Source: a virus
Lineage: Duplodnaviria > Caudoviricetes
Virus record (IMG/VR): IMGVR_UViG_3300033068_001989
Location: 128,001 to 192,000 of that record
DNA: 64,000 bases
Reading direction: 5' to 3' (one strand)
Shown here one piece after another: positions 60,537 through 64,000 of the stretch; positions within the stretch are counted from its first letter, which is position 1, and each line of letters opens with the position of its first letter. Both the position numbers and the translations under genes were made by a program. The notes below the pieces were generated by a model. That model made no database searches. It saw only the letters and a list, made by a program, of their open reading frames with translations, and had not been told where the DNA came from.

Positions 60537-60744
60537 ATCTCTTTGGATATTTTGATGAGAAATCTATGAAATCTGGATCCTCACCTCTGATGAATTTATG
60601 AATTGATACATTTTCTTTTGTCCTGTTTGCTTTATTAAATTGTCTAACAAAATCACTGGGAACGTTGCACCAGTAGTTATATCTACCCGGTGTGTGTCTT
60701 CTTCTTTGTGCTTCGGTCCAAGACCATCTCTTTTTTGTTTTCAT
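60514..60744 (-). CDS. Hypothetical small basic protein
   Basis: ORF in array orientation. Confidence 0.55.
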   Translation of the reverse strand: MKTKKRWSWTEAQRRRHTPGRYNYWCNVPSDFVRQFNKANRTKENVSIHKFIRGEDPDFIDFSSKYPKRCAGWIYF

Positions 60745-60804
60745 TTTGTATTAGGTTATTTTACCTAATACATGTCGAATTTCTTTTTCATATTTAATTA
60801 TTTG

Positions 60805-60877
60805 TGGAGCTGATGGGATTCGAACCCACATCCTCCTCCGTGCAAGGGAGGCGCTCAGCCAGTTGAGCTACAGCCCC
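60805..60877 (-). tRNA. tRNA-Ala(TGC)
   Basis: G3-U70 pair, cloverleaf. Confidence 0.93.
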
Positions 60878-60885
60878 AAATTTTG

Positions 60886-60959
60886 TAGCGAGAGTGGGTT
60901 TCGAACCCACGACCTCCGGGTTATGATTCCAGCGCTCTGACCATCTGAGCTATCTCGCC
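60886..60959 (-). tRNA. tRNA-Met(CAT), elongator
   Basis: GGCGAGA acceptor, ATCATAA loop. Confidence 0.85.
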
Positions 60960-60999
60960 AATTCATAGACCTTAATAGAACCTATGAAAACAATCATTT

Positions 61000-61233
61000 T
61001 TACTGGTGATGTTTGACATATCTGCCAAACCTATCAACTCTAACCTCCATCTTAGTGAGGTTAAAATTCCAGTTTTGAAAAACACCCAAGCCAGATCTTT
61101 GTCTTGCTTGTTTAATAGCAGATTGCTCTGCCTTTTCGCGACCTTCTTCCGTAGTCTCTACGAAAAAAGTGGGAGCCTGAACACCAGTCTTACTGGTAGG
61201 AACTACTCTCCAAATTCTCAAATTTTGAGTCAT
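61000..61233 (-). CDS. Hypothetical protein flanked by a 14-bp inverted repeat
   Basis: 77-aa ORF. Confidence 0.6.
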   Translation of the reverse strand: MTQNLRIWRVVPTSKTGVQAPTFFVETTEEGREKAEQSAIKQARQRSGLGVFQNWNFNLTKMEVRVDRFGRYVKHHQ

Positions 61234-61305
61234 AATATTTAGCTAATAGCTAAAACTATGTTGAGTCGATGATTGTTTTCATGTTCTTAATTTATTTTAA
61301 TTTTG

Positions 61306-61378
61306 AGCAGAAGACGGGACTCGAACCCGCAACAACCTGCTTGGAAGGCAGGAGCTCTACCAATTGAGCTACTTCTGC
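61306..61378 (-). tRNA. tRNA-Gly(TCC)
   Basis: Cloverleaf. Confidence 0.93.
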
Positions 61379-61422
61379 ATGGAGCCGGCACGATGATTCA
61401 ATCGTGGATCTTCCGGAATGTG

Positions 61423-61495
61423 AGCGATAGACCGGGGTCGAACCGGCGACCTTTGCCTTGGCAAGGCAACGCTCTACCAACTGAGCTACTATCGC
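61423..61495 (-). tRNA. tRNA-Gly(GCC)
   Basis: Cloverleaf. Confidence 0.93.
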
Positions 61496-61586
61496 ATGAT
61501 CGGGTAGCGTCGAACTAAGTTTAATGTTAGTCCTATACCCGCTGGTTACATTTCCACGAAGGAAAGAGGCTTTACCAGGCACCCTG

Positions 61587-61658
61587 AGGGCAGAGTGGGA
61601 TTCGAACCCACGACCAGTTGATTAACAGTCAACTGCTCTACCGCTGAGCTATCCACCC
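61587..61658 (-). tRNA. tRNA-Asn(GTT)
   Basis: GTTGA-CTGTTAA-TCAAC; acceptor and discriminator (U73) atypical for Asn. Confidence 0.85.
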
Positions 61659-61713
61659 TTTTTAATCTTAGTTATTGCTAATGGATAAGTTTCCTTATAC
61701 TATTGGATATTTG

Positions 61714-61786
61714 TGGGACCGGGCGGGATCGAACCGCCATCATCGGATTTTCAGTCCGCTGCATAGACCAACTTTGCTACAGTCCC
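61714..61786 (-). tRNA. tRNA-Phe(GAA)
   Basis: CGGA-CTGAAAA-TCCG. Confidence 0.88.
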
Positions 61787-61799
61787 TTTTTTATTTTTG

Positions 61800-61873
61800 C
61801 TCTTCTGACTGGATTCGAACCAGCAACCCCAGGTTTAACAAACCTTCGCTCTGACCGTTGGAGCTACAGAAGA
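61800..61873 (-). tRNA. tRNA-Asn(GTT)
   Basis: U1-A72, G73, TTGTTAA loop. Confidence 0.88.
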
Positions 61874-61879
61874 ATGTTG

Positions 61880-61990
61880 TGGAGTAGCTGGAATTGAACC
61901 ACGCTATCTGGGATAAGTACTAATAGTCTTACTCTTGCTATCTAGAATCTGAAGCAGACCCTATCAGACATTTCCCAGCCCTTTTACTCC
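61880..61990 (-). ncRNA. tRNA-like RNA without a D arm and with a large central insert
   Basis: GGAGTA/TACTCC-A, TTCAATT T loop, CTGGGA/TCCCAG enclosing ~60 nt. Confidence 0.55.
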
Positions 61991-61995
61991 GTTTG

Positions 61996-62077
61996 TGCCA
62001 GCAGAGGGACTCGAACCCCCGAACCCTTAAGGGAACAGATTTACAGTCTGCAGTAATTGCCGCTATACGATACTGGC
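61996..62077 (-). tRNA. tRNA-Tyr(GTA)
   Basis: Cloverleaf with variable arm. Confidence 0.9.
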
Positions 62078-62082
62078 TTTTG

Positions 62083-62156
62083 TGACCCCGATGGGACTCG
62101 AACCCATGACTCCCTCATTAAAAGTGAGGTGCTCTAGCCAGCTGAGCTACGAGGTC
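62083..62156 (-). tRNA. tRNA-Lys(TTT)
   Basis: Cloverleaf. Confidence 0.93.
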
Positions 62157-62267
62157 ATTATAATAAAGTTGTTTTTGTTTAATAAACCTGCCTGGTTTAT
62201 TATGATTTTTCAACTTTAGTGTATTGATTTAGTTTCCGTTATGCCAAAGATCATATTTTTTTAACAT

Positions 62268-62301
62268 TGCAAATATATGAAATGCTTTCGAATTAAAAAA
62301 A
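62268..62301 (-). promoter_or_regulatory. Early promoter inside array A
   Basis: TTTTTTTAATTCGAAAGCATTTCATATATTTGCA. Confidence 0.72.
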
Positions 62302-62330
62302 TATTTTTTTAATTATTTTTTTAATTTTTG

Positions 62331-62401
62331 TTGGGATACCAGGATTCGAACCTGGAATAACTGGACCAAAACCAGTTGTGTTACCGTTACACCATATCCC
62401 A
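62331..62401 (-). tRNA. tRNA-Gln(TTG)
   Basis: Cloverleaf, U1-A72. Confidence 0.92.
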
Positions 62402-62410
62402 TTAAATTTG

Positions 62411-62481
62411 CACGGACTGGAGGATTCGAACCTTCATCGTCGGTTTTGGAGACCGGTATGCTACCATTGCACCAAGCCCGT
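62411..62481 (-). tRNA. tRNA-Trp(CCA)
   Basis: CTCCAAA loop, G73. Confidence 0.9.
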
Positions 62482-62485
62482 GTGT

Positions 62486-62713
62486 TTATCTGGTTGCTTT
62501 ATGAAACTCGTTATTATCTAAAGCCTTCCTGATGTACCTCATAAAGAAGATGGCATTATCTTCTGCTAACAATGTTGCTTCTCCTATATCATTCAATCTA
62601 ACAGGAAATGTGTGATCCGAACCATCAACGAAAACGTTGTAATAAGCGATGTCATTCTTTAGATGTGAAAATCTAACTTTGTTGTCTTTTACGATTTCTT
62701 TTATTGTTGCCAT
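62486..62713 (-). CDS. Hypothetical phage protein
   Basis: FPV..DIGEATLLAE..AIFFMRYIRK. Confidence 0.7.
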   Translation of the reverse strand: MATIKEIVKDNKVRFSHLKNDIAYYNVFVDGSDHTFPVRLNDIGEATLLAEDNAIFFMRYIRKALDNNEFHKATR

Positions 62714-62729
62714 TTTGTTTATTTATTTG

Positions 62730-62805
62730 TCGGGATACAGAGACTCGAACTCTGATGATGTCCTGCTCCCAAAGCAGGCGACTTAGCCAATTAGTCCACA
62801 TCCCG
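62730..62805 (-). tRNA. tRNA-Pro(TGG)
   Basis: C1-G72, A73, TTTGGGA loop. Confidence 0.92.
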
Positions 62806-62824
62806 TTAATTTTAATTTCAGTCC

Positions 62825-62863
62825 AAAAAAAAACTCCAGATCTTTTAAGATCTGGAGTAAAAA
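62825..62863 (-). terminator. Attenuator terminator upstream of tRNA array A
   Basis: ACTCCAGATCT-taaa-AGATCTGGAGT followed by long T tract. Confidence 0.88.
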
Positions 62864-62893
62864 TATTTAATGCTTATTTGACTAGTTCTTACA

Positions 62894-63022
62894 TTAAATT
62901 ATATCGTGACCTCCAGATCCCTTGCTGTACCCATTATACCATTTGGCAATGCCCACCTGATTAAAGGGTGCAACGCTCTGCGGCATAAACGGTTTTACAT
63001 TATTTCGGAAAGTTGTTTTCAT
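62894..63022 (-). CDS. Leader peptide A, 42 aa (MKTTFRNNVKPFMPQSVAPFNQVGIAKWYNGYSKGSGGHDII)
   Basis: Manual translation; A-rich initiation context; contains antiterminator GATCTGGAG; codons match array A. Confidence 0.78.
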   Translation of the reverse strand: MKTTFRNNVKPFMPQSVAPFNQVGIAKWYNGYSKGSGGHDII

Positions 63023-63033
63023 TGTTTTTTAAA

Positions 63034-63103
63034 TTATAGATTTATATATCTAATTGATTTTAATATTTTATGCAAATTTATGGAAAAGTTTCGAATAAAA
63101 AAA
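63034..63103 (-). promoter_or_regulatory. Tandem early and late-type promoter block, copy A
   Basis: 63034-63080 is identical to 52202-52248. Confidence 0.8.
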
Positions 63104-63120
63104 ATTATTTTTGATTTTTT

Positions 63121-63366
63121 TTAAATATTTTTAATTATTTCATCTAAACCAATCTCTTTTACTGAGTCGAAATCGGAAGCATCATATGGTGTATCCTCCA
63201 GAATATAATATTTTTCCATGAAATATGGTCCTGATCCGTATCCTATTGCAAGTGCCTTCATTTCCTTTCCCCCGTATGCTACCAAAACAGTTCTTAGCGA
63301 CGTGTTAGTATTTTTATTCATTACTTCCTCTAGCAAAGTAGAATTAAATTCCTGTATATGTTTCAT
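63121..63366 (-). CDS. Hypothetical, probable virion protein
   Basis: MKHIQEFNSTLLE N-terminal motif. Confidence 0.55.
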   Translation of the reverse strand: MKHIQEFNSTLLEEVMNKNTNTSLRTVLVAYGGKEMKALAIGYGSGPYFMEKYYILEDTPYDASDFDSVKEIGLDEIIKNI

Positions 63367-63375
63367 ATTTTTATT

Positions 63376-63999
63376 TTATTTTTTGCTCCATTCCTTCTTA
63401 GCATCCTTAGCTCCTGCTTTAGATACCCCACATTTGGTTGATTTAAAACTTGGTCCTTGTAAACCGTCTAATGGTTGATCTTCTCCTTTTGCTCTTTCCT
63501 CCTGCCATGCATAATACTCCTCAACAGATTTAAAACCAAGTCTTTTTGCTCTCTCCTCAACATCCTTTCTCATTTTTGCAACCTTGATCTCCTTTTTCAT
63601 ATTTGCATAATCCCTGGCTGATATTCTTTTATGTGATTCCAATTCCCCTTTGGTTACATTGGTCCCATTTTCTACTATTTTAATAGTAACCGTTGTTTGG
63701 TATCTACCATCTTCGAGCTTTAATGTTATTTCGTCGACAACTTCATATGAAATATTGGATTCTGGTGGTACACATTGGCTGATATTTACTATTGCGTGTG
63801 ATAGAGCTATCCTTTTTGATTGTGATTCGTCAGATGATATGCATACGCCTGTTCCTATGCTTTCCTCCTCGTCATCTCCAGCATTTTTATATTTTCCTGC
63901 TATCTCATTTTTAATGTTAGCACTTATGTCTGGTGATGCTAATAATGAAGCTATTATTGCAGTTGTGGCAAATCCTGATTTTGCTCTTGATATTAAGGA
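63376..63999 (-). CDS. Hypothetical protein (5' partial)
   Basis: The frame of ORF 63376..63642 stays open to the window end on manual translation. Confidence 0.6.
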   Translation of the reverse strand, partial: SLISRAKSGFATTAIIASLLASPDISANIKNEIAGKYKNAGDDEEESIGTGVCISSDESQSKRIALSHAIVNISQCVPPESNISYEVVDEITLKLEDGRYQTTVTIKIVENGTNVTKGELESHKRISARDYANMKKEIKVAKMRKDVEERAKRLGFKSVEEYYAWQEERAKGEDQPLDGLQGPSFKSTKCGVSKAGAKDAKKEWSKK

Positions 64000-64000
64000 A

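Noticed and set aside
61496-61586. HDV-like theta ribozyme after tRNA-Asn
   Set aside because: No P1 complement to the 5' GGGTGCC; only two simple hairpins are visible.
50589-61990. tmRNA call for the tRNA-like RNAs lacking D arms
   Set aside because: They are too short (about 90-110 nt) and have no G3-U70 alanine identity or tag reading frame.
62160-62267. Third leader-peptide attenuator after the promoter at 62268
   Set aside because: Only 12-codon ORFs are present, the downstream hairpin lacks a U tract, and no antiterminator copy was found.
47394-62964. ORFs overlapping tRNA genes (47394+, 50419-, 50459+, 51932+, 61292-, 61303+, 61703-, 62704+) and the N-terminal extension of 58444..58968
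   Set aside because: They translate tRNA or ncRNA sequence; the RNA structure explains the region.
1-64000. Stop-codon recoding as in Lak-type megaphages
   Set aside because: Core genes are intact under the standard code, TAG is used as a true stop (for example terminase), and no suppressor tRNA was found.

Overview
An AT-rich, almost entirely minus-strand segment of a large T4-like (jumbo) myophage using the standard genetic code. Seven TAnnTTTG promoters point to a Bacteroidota host. In order, the window holds: a partial dCMP deaminase; a tail/neck/packaging module (gp26/gp51-like, two gp19 tubes, gp18 sheath, gp17/gp16, gp14, gp15); recombination and replication genes (gp46/gp47, gp41, UvsX); putative internal virion proteins; a 12-kb glycosylation cluster (gmd, fcl, GT6, GT11, GT7, several GT2); a ClpC lacking its N-domain; collagen-like fibres; and a Tlde1-like enzyme. 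The last ~16 kb is an RNA-rich region with 28 tRNA genes in two arrays, two Seg-like GIY-YIG endonucleases, a Ro60/TROVE gene, YqeY and many structured non-tRNA RNAs. The main finding is that each tRNA array starts with an identical 47-bp promoter block, then a short leader ORF absent from the ORF track, then an intrinsic terminator with a competing antiterminator inside the leader. The codons of each leader match the tRNAs of its own array: leader A has K/F/N/V/P/M/Q/A/G/W/Y/R(CGA)/I(ATT), and leader B has S/T/C/H/L(TTA)/D/E/I(ATA). This suggests a ribosome-stalling attenuator that senses tRNA supply and switches on the matching phage tRNAs. The second finding is six Y-RNA-like RNAs that share one covarying module joined to a tRNA body at four different points, including circular permutations; four lie just upstream of Ro60. 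All protein assignments come from motif recognition by eye, with no database search.
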